Part shown: one piece after another, positions 16,533 through 34,645 of the stretch
How the letters are laid out: each line of letters opens with the position of its first letter
Numbering within the stretch: the first letter of the stretch is position 1
Source of the DNA: the human T2T-CHM13v2.0 reference genome, Homo sapiens
Assembly (NCBI RefSeq): GCF_009914755.1
Contig: NC_060925.1
Strand: one strand, 5' to 3'
Length of the DNA stretch: 64,000 nt
The notes under the pieces: model-generated
The model's input: the letters and a program-made list of their open reading frames with translations, nothing else
Told to the model about the DNA's origin: nothing
Databases searched by the model: none
Program-made: the position numbers and the translations under genes

Positions 16533-16840
16533 GTGGGGTGCAGTGGCTCACGCCTGTAATCCCAACACTTTGGGAGGCTGAGGTGGGCGGATCACCTGAG
16601 GTCAGAAGTTTGAGACCAGCCTGGCCAACATGGTGAAACTCCATCTCTACTAAAAATACAAAACTTAGCCAGGCATGGTGGCACACATCTGTAATCCCAG
16701 CTACTCGGGAGGCTGAGGCAGGAGAATCGCTTGAACCCAGGAGGCAGAGGTTGCAGTGAGACGAGGCCACACCACACTGCACTACAGTCTGGGTGACAGA
16801 GTGAGACTCCATCTCAAAACAACAACAACAACAACAAAAA
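16533..16840 (+). mobile_element. Alu (AluS) with (AAC)n tail
   Basis: TSD-like tagtaaca. Confidence 0.9.
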
Positions 16841-19736
16841 CTAGTAACATGTGATCAACTATGGGCAAAGCCCCTCTTATGAGAGCAAATGAGCCTTTCC
16901 ACAGCTGCTGTGCTGCAATGGATAATGCAGTTACAGTCTGTCCACTTTGTACTTTTAAGTGCTGTAGAGGAAGAACAACTGCCAGAACAAATAGCAACTT
17001 GTTATTGTTTCAACAATTGAATGCTTCACAGAAAGGGGGCAGAGTTCCTGGTGTCACACACATCTGAGAAAGATGGCAAGATAAAAAATTTCCAAGGAAA
17101 ATAAATCAAGGAAAAAGGAGAAGAGCATATAAAAATAGTTAAACTTTATCATGAGAGTTACCAAGGCTCTTCCTCTTATACACTTTTGGCCAATGCCTTC
17201 TGAGTCTCCTTCACCCCTTACATTAGTAAGGATTTTAGCTGGAATAAAAGAATATGAAGATATTCACACTATGGGCCTGCTACTTCTACTTGGCCAATGG
17301 ACAGTAAATCAATTATGCCCTATCCTGTTATTCTAGTTTTCTCTCTCTCCACAGTTGGGCACTCTTGCCAACTCCTCTTCTATGCTTTTGATCTGGACAA
17401 GTGAAACTCTTATCAGAAACAGCTGTGTCTTATTTGTAACCTTTGTAAGTTCTAAACTAAAACTGCGTCTATAAGGAAGACAATGTAAAACAGTGCCATT
17501 AATCTACTCTGCCCACTTGTTTTTTATAGAATTGCACTTCCTTTTTATTTCATGTGATTTAAAAAACACAAGTGCACACATGCGCAAACACAGACAAATT
17601 AAGCTACTTGCCTAAATGTCATTCACTTAGTTAATGTCTAGGTCAGAACAATAATGCGGATTTTTAAAATTCTTAATCCATTTTCCTTTTCTTCAAGAAA
17701 AAAGATTTTTTTTCCTTGAAGAAAAGACCATTGCTTCTACAGCAAGCTTCAAACTTTTTAAAATGCTGACAATGTTAATGCTTTTGGCAAAGAACCATCT
17801 TTATATTTTGATAATGACTATATCCCTTCCCACTCTGGTAGCACCACGCTGATGCTCAGACGTGATGTGATGTTTATGTTTGCTTTGCTGTTTTCTGTTG
17901 CCCATCCAGGCCTTTGCCTTTCTCTGAGATGTGAAAAAAGTGGTGGGAACCATCAGCAACAGAACCTCAGTCTATAATCAGGTCTCTCATAATTTTATCT
18001 TTTCTAGTTAACAAAAAAATGCAAAAAACAAAGACAACAAAGGGACTTAGTGTTGGGGTCTGCCATGAATACTAAAGTGGCCTGGGGGTGTGGCTCATCA
18101 AGTGAAAATAAACCATTCAAGTCATCCACATCAAGAAGAAAGTTTGGGAACAACTAGGCCAGTGTTTGCATTTGGGGCCCTGGAGTCAGGAGAGTTACAT
18201 TTCTCTTCTCTCTGCATAACTAACGCACCAAAGACAACCTACTTAACCTCTCCTTTAGGAAATATTAAGTAAGCTCCTCCAAAGAACAGCCCTGAGAGAT
18301 ACTTAAAAGTGTGTCTGGTCAGGTTATCTGAGTCTAACTTGCTACTTTGCAAGATCAGCTTTCAGCATTACTCTCAGAGATTTGTAGGCAGGAGGGCAGA
18401 AAGCCTATCTTAAGAAAAGTAGCTGCCTTGGCCATGAGCAAAGTTATAAGAGTAAAGTCACCAAAATTACACACCTAGTTAAGTTTAGGTGAATACAGTA
18501 GAGTTGGAAACTGGCTCCAAATGACAATTTAATTAAATCGTATCAAATGAATTGACACTATGAAAGAAAGTCTACTACTGCACACCAAACCCTAGGGACT
18601 GATGCTGCCAATGCTCAAAAGCTCCATACGACTGGCCTTTAATTAAGAAAGTAAAACCCAACCCAAGGATTCACTGTTAGGGCTGGCTCTGAAATGTAGA
18701 TATAGCTATTTTAGAAAGAAAATACCAGGAATACCTTAGCAATCCCACTTAATGTATTATTAAGATCAGGAAAAAAAATTTAACCACATGATTCATTAAA
18801 TAAGGAGGCATTCTGAATAAACTGCCTGAAGTCTCCTGTTAAAAAATTACTCCTATTTATCCATTAACAAAGCTATTCCTTAGCTCATCCCTGCCATAAC
18901 CTGCTCTATTCAAAACCATATGGGAAAGGACATTAAAAAACCGCCACAAACCATGGACTTCTGGTATTAGTGCTACACACAGTATACCCCTATTCATTAT
19001 TCTACCTCCCTTGTTTAATCTATCATTAAGACTCAGTGACCCTACACTAAATTTAAAGCAGATCCTTCCTTCCTCCCATGCCTAAATTCACATACTTTTC
19101 TAGTTGGGGATGCCCTCAAGTATTAACAACTCTACGGGGTTTCTCTAATCTCAGCTCTGAACTATGTCATGCTATAGAACCAAGAAATTGCTGTTTTACA
19201 TCTCTAACTATGGAGGCTTCCATAAAAAAAAAGACCATATAATTTACTTAATAAGATAAAGGGGGGAAAATCACCATTTAATAAGTAGTTTTTCACTGTA
19301 CATGGTAAAAAAGGCACATGGAGAGACACTGTCATAGACTGTGTTGTCTTAAAAATGAATAATACCTAGAGGCATTACTTTGACTGTATTGATCACAGAA
19401 CTTAAAAGTTTTAAGGTAAAAATTGTCAGATGTTGACTATCTTAATGGAACAACAAAGGAAAAAAATGTTGATTTAAACATATAGTTGATAAAAAAAATT
19501 GGGGGAAAATAAGATTTCAAGAAAGCAAAAGTTAGTATTTCTAGGACATATGAAACTGCATTATCAAATTACAAACAAAAACTGTAATGACAATGTAGCA
19601 AAATAAAGGATAAGTAATTGTGTATGTAATAATCTATAAGAGCAAACAGAATTTTCTATGAAGATAAAAATGTTCTTTGTGCTGTCCAATATAGTGGCCA
19701 TTAACCACATATGGCTACTGAGCACTTGAAATGTAG

Positions 19737-20078
<342 letters not shown>

Positions 20079-20116
20079 TTAAACTTTAAAAAAATGTTTT
20101 AAGTTTATTTATTTAT

Positions 20117-20878
<762 letters not shown>

Positions 20879-21037
20879 TAGCTTGATAAGTATCAATAGA
20901 AACCATATGCTTGAGTATTTCAAAATTGAAGGGAGATAGAATATATATAGAATGTATGTAAATAATACCTTATTTGAAAAAAAAGGAAATAATGGGCTAT
21001 ATTTATAATCATCAAATAGTCTAAACATTCTTAGTTA

Positions 21038-21394
<357 letters not shown>

Positions 21395-21663
21395 CTAATT
21401 TTCATCAATCCATACATTCACAAAACGATTGCTTGAGCATGATTACATTGAATTAGATGTTACTGTAATAGATAATGTTAACTATATACCTGGCAGTTTT
21501 TTATTTAAGAGGGTGAGGATTCAAACTTAATCCCTTTTTTTGGGTCAAGATCCTTAATGTATTCACGTAGTAGGTTAGCAGCAGGTGTAATGGATATTAC
21601 AATCACTACCAGTCTCAGATTCAATACCTTATCGATTCATTAAGTACCTACTGAACATTTTAA

Positions 21664-22272
21664 TTTTTTTTTTTTTTTGAGACAGAATCTTACTCTGTCG
21701 CCCAGGCTGGAGTGCAGTGGTGCCATGAACATATTAAATTTTATTATTTACTTTTAGAGACAGGGTCTGGCTGTGTCACCCAGACTGGAGTGCAGTGGCA
21801 AGATCAAAGTCACTGCAACCTCAAACTCCTGGATTCATCTGATCCTCCTGCCTCAGCCTCCTGAGTAGGTAGGACAGGTACATGCCACCTAATTTTTACA
21901 TATTTTTTTGTAGAGAAAAGGTCTCACTATGTTGTCCAGGGTGGTCTTTCTTTTTTTTTTTTTTATTATTTATTTACTTATTTATTTATTTTTTGAGACG
22001 GAGTCTTGCTCTGTCACCCAGGCTGGAGTACAGTGGCGCGATCTCAGCTCACTGCAACCTCTGCCTCCCCGGTTCAAGGAATTCTCTGCCTCAGCCTCCC
22101 AAGTAGCTGGGATTACAGGCACCTGCCACCATGCCCAGCTAATTTTTTTGTATTTTTAGTAGAGACGGGGTTTATCTTGGCCAGGCTGGTCTTGAACTCC
22201 TGACCTTGTGATCCACCCGCCTCAGCTTCCCAAAGTGCTGGGATTACAGGCGTGAGCCACCGCGCCCCAGCC
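21664..22272 (-). mobile_element. Cluster of three antisense Alus: 5'-truncated stub (21664-21725), truncated AluJ (21755-21947), AluS (21949-22272)
   Basis: Stub is flanked by a tgaacat..ttaa.tttt TSD; the others match Alu consensus. Confidence 0.85.
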
Positions 22273-22318
22273 AGTTTTGTTTTGTTTTGTTTTGATTTTT
22301 TGAGATGGATTTATTAAC

Positions 22319-22899
22319 ATTTGGAGCAGCTGGAGGTGGGATGGGGGAGGGACAGGGTATCACCCAGCTAATTTTTGTATTTTTTTTGTTTTTTGTAGCA
22401 ATGGGATTTCGCCATGTTGCGCAGGCTGGTCTCGAACTCCTGGATTCAAACAATCTGCCTACCTCGACCTACCAAAGTGCTGGGATTATAGGCGTGAGCC
22501 ACGGCGCCTGGCCAGCAATTTAAGTTTAAATTGCCACTCACAGCTAGTAGTGACCCTATTGGACAATATATTGATACTACTTAAGAAAGTAGAAAATATA
22601 GAGCAACATAAAAACAGACTATTGATAAACTAGATACTTACATGCTTCACTTCATTCTTATTTCATTATAGTCCTTGAACTATAAAAGGCAGAAATACTG
22701 CAGTTAAATTAATTCTTCAAAATTATACTTTTATTGTTTTTAATAATGTTATTTTAAAGTAGTCTGAGGCAGGGTGCAGTGGTTCATGCCTGGAATCTCA
22801 GCACTCTAGGGGCTGAGGTGGGTGGATCACTTGAGTTTAGGAGTTCCAGACCAGCCTGGGCAACATGGCAAAACCGTGTCTCTACAAAATACAAAAATT
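22319..22899. repeat. ~590-bp local duplication, copy 2
   Basis: Direct repeat of 20117-20713, offset ~2.2 kb. Confidence 0.93.
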
Positions 22900-22906
22900 T
22901 TAGAAT

Positions 22907-23282
<376 letters not shown>

Positions 23283-23319
23283 CTAAGTTTAACAAGTACA
23301 CTGAGTGCTAATAATTCAT

Positions 23320-23670
23320 GAGCATCCATTCCGTTGTGCAGCAGGCAAAAAATACATACTGAGTACCTAATAGCAGGAAGGTATTATTTTGTAGTAGTGA
23401 CTAAAAGAGACAAAGCTTCTGTGTTCATGGAACTTATATTCACTCTATAGTATGCTCATGGTGGTAAGGGAGAGTGAGGGCGGAAGGAAACAAAAAGAAC
23501 TAAGTGAATATATAAATTCATAAATTTCAGAGTTAGATACGTGCTGTGATGGGTGATAAGAGACTCTTGACAGTCATTCTTTATTTTAGATGGGTTGAAA
23601 TCTGAAGAAGAAGGTATAACTTCCAAGGGTGTTCCAGATAGAGAAAACATAAAATGCAAAGGCTCTGTTA
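23320..23670 (-). mobile_element. L2 remnant
   Basis: actgagtaccta...aaagcttctgtgttcatggaacttatattc...gttccagatagagaaaacataaaatgcaaaggctctg. Confidence 0.55.
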
Positions 23671-23846
23671 GGTATATTCATATATCCATTACACATATAC
23701 ACTACAGATATATTCTCTAAAACTTAATATCAAGTAACATATATACATTACATATATATTCTCTAATACCATCATCAAGTTCAATGCAGCTTTTATTCTC
23801 TCTTTAAAAAATAAACTGAGGGTCCCAAACTCTCCAAAGTAAGTAG

Positions 23847-24182
<336 letters not shown>

Positions 24183-24762
24183 CAAGGCAATTTTTTTTTT
24201 TTATTGTACCATGACACATCCCTAAAAACTGAAACTGGAAAACTCTGTTCTTTTTCTGTAGATCATCCCCTCCCCTCACTCCTTGCCAAAGAAATTGTTA
24301 CTCACACTATTCACTTACTTGGCTAACTCTTCCTTCATATATTTATGCTTTAGTTCAACTAAATAATCATAAATCCTAAATTACTGTCAGGTACAAATTA
24401 ATAAAGTTTGCTATAGTGATAGCTAACTCAAAGGGATATTTCAGAGATTCTGATCAAAGATACCTTGCCTTCAAACACAGGTGGGTGTTGTTTATATGGT
24501 TTTGTGCAAGTGAATATTGTCATGCAGTCCAAAATAAACGGTAACTGCATTTGATCATATTTTATTTTTTGGCGTGTTTTACTGCATTATGACAGTAATA
24601 AGTAAATTTGAGGTTGTCTATCCTTGAAAATTGTCACAGCCTGGCAATCATAGCCAATGAAAGTCACTTATTTCAGAGCATCATTCTCTCAATTCCCCAA
24701 CATTATCACTCATGCTTCATACTCTATATTGAAAAAGAAAAGATGAGAACAGCTATTGCTAG

Positions 24763-25120
<358 letters not shown>

Positions 25121-25389
25121 AGACCTTGTACATTTTCAAGTAAATCTGGTAAATTTTCTCTGTGTGCATATATTAATGTTTCTTCTTTCTTCCTTTCAAC
25201 AAACATTTATTGAGTGCTTCCTTGAGTTCCAGACTCTCTGGCAGTCACTAGAGCAGCAGTCGAAAATGCAAATTTCAAGAGCCGCCCAGTAAGTAACACA
25301 AATGAATGAAATGTGATGGGCAAATGGCATTCAGCCTTTGTTTCGAGGATACAATATTGGAATGTTAGGGACGATGGCAAATTAGAGAG

Positions 25390-25641
25390 CATTGCCTATC
25401 CAAAGAGGCAGATGCTGCTCCAGACTAGCTGATTGCTGTTATAGAAAATGTAGGGTTCAGCATTACCAGGATTTTCTGATTCTTTGCAAGAAGCCAGAAG
25501 TCAGGAATCCTGTTTCATTTTATTTTAAATGTGAAACCTCCTAACTTTTAAATGTTGGCAACCAGTGCACATTTAAAACATGCTGGGACCCAAACTGGTT
25601 GCAAATAAAATAATCTTGTGGTTGCCAGTTTGCAACCTCTG
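25390..25641 (-). mobile_element. MER102-like hAT MITE
   Basis: Reverse complement starts cagaggttgcaaactggca and includes gttgccaacatttaaaag and ggcttcttgcaaagaatcagaaaatc. Confidence 0.6.
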
Positions 25642-25799
25642 CAGGAGAAATACAAAGATAGATAAAGACACAATAGTCTTGCCTTAAAGGAACACACAGT
25701 CCTCTAAAAGTCATATCCAGAAACAAATGTTTATGATACAATGTGATAGTTATAATGATAAAGATATCAATAAGGTATAAGAGGCCATTATAGTAGCTG

Positions 25800-25990
25800 A
25801 AACTACCATTTATTGAGTAGCAGAGGCACTGGTCCAGGTACTGTGCATGTTACTCTATTTCATGCTCACATCAATTCTATGGGTATAGAAATTGCTTTAT
25901 TATGTGGTAGAGCTGAATGTGAATTTGAACCCCTATTCTTTGTGACTTCAAAAATCAGTGGGTCTTTTTCCTAACATTTCACACTGCCAG
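25800..25990 (-). mobile_element. MIR remnant
   Basis: catttattgagt...ccaggtactgtgc...ggtagagctg...atttgaaccc...tgacttcaaa. Confidence 0.55.
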
Positions 25991-26055
25991 CCATTCCTCC
26001 AACCAAGTCTTAATGTTTGGAAATCAATCATATGAACATTTGAAAATGAAACTAG

Positions 26056-26385
<330 letters not shown>

Positions 26386-26469
26386 TTATTTCAGTAAAAA
26401 AAAAGAAAAATGTAAATATTATTTTCAATGTAACAATCACCCTGGAATATAATATAAAAATATATTCAA

Positions 26470-26778
<309 letters not shown>

Positions 26779-27059
26779 TCAAGATGTAATTTTAAGACAT
26801 TAACACTTGAGATATAGGAGTACATACTTTTAACCAATATGCTATGCTGCCTCTCTCCATTCTATTCCAACTGTGATATACATGAAAAAGGGCAATAAAA
26901 TACACACAGCAACAAATACTTAGTAGTAAAATTAACAATGTGAATTGGGTGTTTTAGTATTGTTATAAACCATTGCTATATGCACATTAGTCACTTTATA
27001 ATTGAATAAATACTAAAGTAACTTGGTTCAGAAAGAATAATATTATTAAGATAAACCCA

Positions 27060-27350
27060 TACACAAAGAAAAATGGGTAACTTCACTTAGTAATTAAGGA
27101 AATGCAAATTAAAACAAGGTATCATTCTCACCTTTCAACTGGGCAAAAACTAAAAATACTGTCATATCTGTTGTCAGTAAGAATATACTTGTGTATATTC
27201 TAACATGCCTGCTCACATACTCTAGCTAGGTGAAGAAGTAGGTAACACTTTTTTGAGGAGCAATTTGGCAATATTAAAATAAAATTCATGTACCCTTCAA
27301 CCCTGCCATTTCATTTCTAAGAACTGATCCTGGAGAAATTCATGCAATTC
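27060..27350 (+). mobile_element. Old L1 (L1ME-like) ORF2 3' remnant
   Basis: ggaaatgcaaattaaaacaagg...ggagcaatttggcaata...acccttcaaccctgccatttcatttctaagaa. Confidence 0.6.
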
Positions 27351-27542
27351 ATAAAGATGAGCTCTTATGTTTTACATTTCTGAATTCCTGAGTCATTTAT
27401 AATAAAAATGACTCATGTATTTCTTTAGTAATTAAAAAAGTAAACACTGTGATGGAAAATTGTTATACTTCTGAATGTCAATCTGAATAAATGAAATAAT
27501 TTCATTTTAGTTCTTATTACTAAGTTTTAAAAATATGAATTG

Positions 27543-27848
27543 GGGCTGGACACGGTGGCTGACGCCTGTAATCCCAGCACTTTGGGAGGCCAAGGTGGGT
27601 GGGTCACCTGAGGTCAGGAGTTCGAGACTAGCCTGACCAACATGGAGAAACCCTGTCTCTACTAAAAATACAAAATTAGCTGGGCATGGTGGGCGCATGC
27701 CTGTAATCCCAGCTACTCAGGAGGCTGAGGCAGGAGAATCGCTTGAACCCAGGAGGCGGAGGTTGTGGTGAGCCGAGATTACACCATTGCACTCCAGTCT
27801 GCGCAACAAGAACAAAACTCTGCCTCAAAAAAAAAAAAAAAAAAAAAA
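27543..27848 (+). mobile_element. Alu (AluSp/Sq-like)
   Basis: Alu consensus with poly(A). Confidence 0.9.
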
Positions 27849-28432
27849 GAGCAACTAGTTTTTATCGAATTATGCAGTTCTTGCCATCTTCCTTGTATTC
27901 TATTTACAAAAATGGTGAGTTTTGTGAGATATGTAGGCTAGAGGCAAAACAGATTCTCTACAGTACCCTAGTCAGTCAATGAACTTACCCTTCCATATAT
28001 GCTTGGCACTGACACTAATGAACTTGCCCCATTAATATATGCTTGACATTGCCTGACCCATGAGTTAATAAAACTGACATTGTGGTTTCAATAGAGTACA
28101 GTTGCCTGGTTACCCAGTCTCTATACACTTGCCTATGAGGCTGATGCTGTTTGAACTTATGAAAGATTGGAGAAATTCCTATGCAGTTTTTAGATTCTAT
28201 ATTATGGGATAGTTCAAGGGGGGTGGGAGTAGTTAAAGCTGGGTGGAGCAGGTAAGGGCCTAAAGTCTAGAGTTAGTTTTGAATGAAAAGTGGTTATATC
28301 ACACAGTCTTAAGTTATCCAAAACATACAAATTAGTACTTTCCCTTTGTAATTTACACATTTGGCCAGATTTTCTTCTCCAGATCTTTCTTCTGTGCCTA
28401 GCCACTAGTTGCTTTTTAAAAAATACATTTTT

Positions 28433-29060
<628 letters not shown>

Positions 29061-29192
29061 CTACCAAACATGACAATTAACACACAGTACATTGTTTTGT
29101 AACTGCTATATGTGGCAACAAAATTACTGATGGAAAGCAAGCCACTTCCAATTTTTTAAAGCTGTAGTTACAGGCTTTGAATATCAATTTCA

Positions 29193-29264
29193 GCTGCTCT
29201 GCCTATGGAGTAACCATTCTTTATTCCTTTACTTTCTTAAAAAAAAAAAAAGTACAAAAAAAAA
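29193..29264 (+). mobile_element. Short poly(A)-tailed MER41-type LTR fragment (putative L1-mediated retrocopy)
   Basis: gctgctctgcctatggagtaaccattctttattcctttactttctt matches the MER41 segment just before its AATAAA as I recall it; A-tail follows; degenerate TSD gaatatcaatttca/gaatagcatttca. Confidence 0.65.
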
Positions 29265-30249
29265 GAATAGCATTTCATTCATTCATTCTTTCAAGCATTA
29301 CATGCCATGTGCTTTATACATTAACACACTCCTCAGTAACCCTATTAAATAGATGGCATTATTTCTACTTCACAGATGAAAAAAAAAAAAAAGACACCTA
29401 AGGATTTGCCCAACAGATGATCCTGCCTCTCTACTCAGACATTTAACAGACAATAAATAAAAAGGTAATATAGCCAAAACTAAACTATCCTCCTACCTGG
29501 TCCTCTCCAACCAATAAATGGCACTACCATGAACTCAGTTACTCAAGTCATATATTTAGAGATCATCTTTCATTCCCCTGAATCTCACTAGCCACATTTT
29601 TACTGATGAATAAAAGTATAACATTATGTAGTTAAAATGTAAAGCACATAGTAGTAAATATAAAATGAAAATATTGGTAACTGCTATTTATTTCCACAGG
29701 TAGTTGCATGTCACAGACATTCTAAATGCAAATACTAAAACATAAATCACTTCTGTACATGCATTTACTTTAGTACAGTCTAAACCGCACATCTCGGCAA
29801 CTAAGACATCTAATAACAATACTACATAAATTCACAATATATTCAATTTCTGGTAAATGACTTAAACAGGAATAAGTTCTAGAGCCTGGTAATAGTTTGT
29901 CTTGAGTTAAAATCTAGCTAAAATAGAAAAATCACTTTCACTGTGATAGATCTATAATACAGTAAATGCTTAAGAAATTACTTTTGTTTCATGTTGAATT
30001 AATTATAATTCAGAATTAGGAAATCTTAAAATATTAAAATGATGTTTTCCAAGTTGAAGAAACATTTATCTCTGATAGTGTATAACAGATTGATAATAGA
30101 AGTACTGAATTAATGTTTTATGAAACTAGGGTTTGACTGTTATTGACACTTAGTTTTATCACTAAATATTACAACTTGTTTTTTGGTTTGTTCCCTGCTA
30201 TACCTTAAATAAGGTACATTTTATAGAAAGAATGCCTTCACACAGAAGT

Positions 30250-30327
30250 TATAATATTCTCTCATATTATTAAGAAAACACTTAGAAATATAATATTCTC
30301 CCATATTATTAAGAAAACACTTAGAAA
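30250..30327. repeat. 39-bp tandem duplication (1 mismatch)
   Basis: tataatattctcYcatattattaagaaaacacttagaaa x2. Confidence 0.9.
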
Positions 30328-30338
30328 ATCCATCACAG

Positions 30339-30678
<340 letters not shown>

Positions 30679-30956
30679 CTAAGGGATCGTCTAGTCAAAA
30701 CACTCAATGTGGTAGCCCCCATAACATCAACTTCTGACAAATGGTCAGAATTTCGAGAGTTTTCATCTGTTTCCACAATGCTCAGATCAACTTAAACACC
30801 TCTGATTTTCTTGTTTGTGGAGTCAGAACACTGAAGCATAGAATTTAAGCAAACCAATTAAAAGTAGAGTCAACAGAAATCTATATGGTTACCTTAACAG
30901 ATGCATTTACATATACAAACTAGCCATATATTATAGATTACAAACACTACATTCAG

Positions 30957-31282
<326 letters not shown>

Positions 31283-31440
31283 TAACTTCTATCACTTAAC
31301 TTTTCCACAGAACAGGCATGGTTTTATTAAAATTTCATCACTTCATTATTCTTTATTTTTTACATCTAGAATACATATTGGAGCTCTTATTTTTAAATAT
31401 CTTCAATAGCTGTGGTATACAAATTCCACACAGCACAATC

Positions 31441-32079
<639 letters not shown>

Positions 32080-32150
32080 TAACTGAGTAACTGATGCCAA
32101 AGGATGTACCTCTAGAGATAGAGGGTACTTGTACCTAATTAAAACTGTGA

Positions 32151-32388
32151 GGCTGGGTGCAGTCCTCACATCAGTAATCTCTGCACTTTGGGAGGCCAAG
32201 GTGGGCCCATCGCTTGAGCCCAGGAGTTCCAGACAAGCCTGAGCAACACAGGGAGACCCTGTCTCTATTTTAAAAAATAAAAAAATCAGCTGGTTGTGGT
32301 AGCACGCACCTGCAGTCATAGCTACTTGGGAGGCTGAGGTGGGAGAACTGATTGATTGAGCAGGGAGATTGAGGTTGCAGAGAGCTGT
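32151..32388 (+). mobile_element. Alu (AluJ-like), 3' truncated
   Basis: Diverged Alu lacking tail. Confidence 0.8.
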
Positions 32389-32742
32389 GGAACTGTGAAG
32401 GTTTTTGCATCTTTCAATAAAACCAACAAATATGCATGTCGTCTTATGTTACTTTCTGTTTTGATTTTACCAACAAAATATTAAACCTATTGTTTAAAAT
32501 GATGGCAGAACTCCAAAACAAAAATTATGTTGGTAACTGATTAGCCTACTTACCTCCTTGGTTACAAAAGTAAATCTGCTATATATTTAGTATTATATAT
32601 ACTGGTATTATCTCAGCCATTTTGAAAGTAACTTCAGGTACTATAACTAACAGTAAATATGGTATACCGAACATAAAACTGAGAACTTCAGGGAGAAGCT
32701 GCTATTTTTAGTCTTTTAATATTTAGTGTTAAGATCTGAATA

Positions 32743-33005
<263 letters not shown>

Positions 33006-33154
33006 TTATCCAAAATTTAACAAGAAATTAAAAATAGTTTCAGGTTTAGATGACAATAGATGTTACATAGGATGGTTAGAAAAACAGTATTTTAAAAAAA
33101 AACATATATACATCATGGTTATGGAGGATGTTTTAGAGAAAATACAAAATCCTA

Positions 33155-33488
<334 letters not shown>

Positions 33489-33557
33489 TCAATTTTATAT
33501 AAATGTTACTTTTGATAAAACTGATAGGAACCTTAATAGAAAATACAAGTTGTTTTA

Positions 33558-33886
<329 letters not shown>

Positions 33887-34479
33887 TTAAGGCCTCAAGA
33901 CATTACATTTTTTATTTGTTGGTATTATAGCATCTATGACTAGGAAAAATTAATCAGTTAGTTACCTCTTATAATGTGAAAGGAAATCTTTCAGCTAATT
34001 TGAGATGGTTCACACTATTGGTTTCCAACTTGGAAATTGAAAGGTGAGTTAGTTAAGCAATAGATGCCAAAAACTTAGTAGTAGCAAAGTCATAGCAGGA
34101 GTAGCTTAACAAGGTGATAATAGACAGAAATGCCATCCTTACTGTGCTATTGAAACATGTGTGTTTAATAGCCTTGATTTCCAACAGACTTTTTTTTTTT
34201 TTTTTTTTTTGGTTCAAACTCTGAAGCAGAAAGAAACTACAGTCTATGACAATGGACCATTTTAAAACTCAGTCTCAAAAAATTCACTAGATTCTGAAAT
34301 TCGGTCTCTGCCAGCAGGGGTCAGGCAGTAGAGGAATAAAGCAGCTGATATACTCAATCACTTATTTATTCATTAATTCAGCAAAGAATGTTCCTATCAC
34401 AGTCGAGGCATTCAGGCAGAGATGAACTTGAAGAAGCTCATACTCTAGTGGGGGTTACAGACATACAACCAATGATATA

Positions 34480-34645
34480 CCGGTAAATGGCTCTCCCAAA
34501 ACAAAAAGCAGTGTTTTTAAGAGTTTGCCAATCTCCATGAGATAAACGATCCCACTGAAGCCAATTTCAAGGTACCAACACTTTGTCAGATTCACAAAAT
34601 TCCTGAATATTTAATAATCAGCTTTTTTGCACTAAGCTCGAGCAT
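34480..34645. mobile_element. MER63-like hAT MITE remnant
   Basis: tttgccaatctccatg...ccaatttcaaggtaccaac...ttcacaaaattcctgaatatttaa. Confidence 0.5.

Noticed and set aside
27850-28430. Possible processed-pseudogene fragment in unique sequence
   Set aside because: The frames I translated gave no recognisable protein, and there is no tail or TSD pair.
34189-34210. Orphan poly(T) run as a retroinsertion tail
   Set aside because: No TSD or recognisable body; treated as a simple mononucleotide run.
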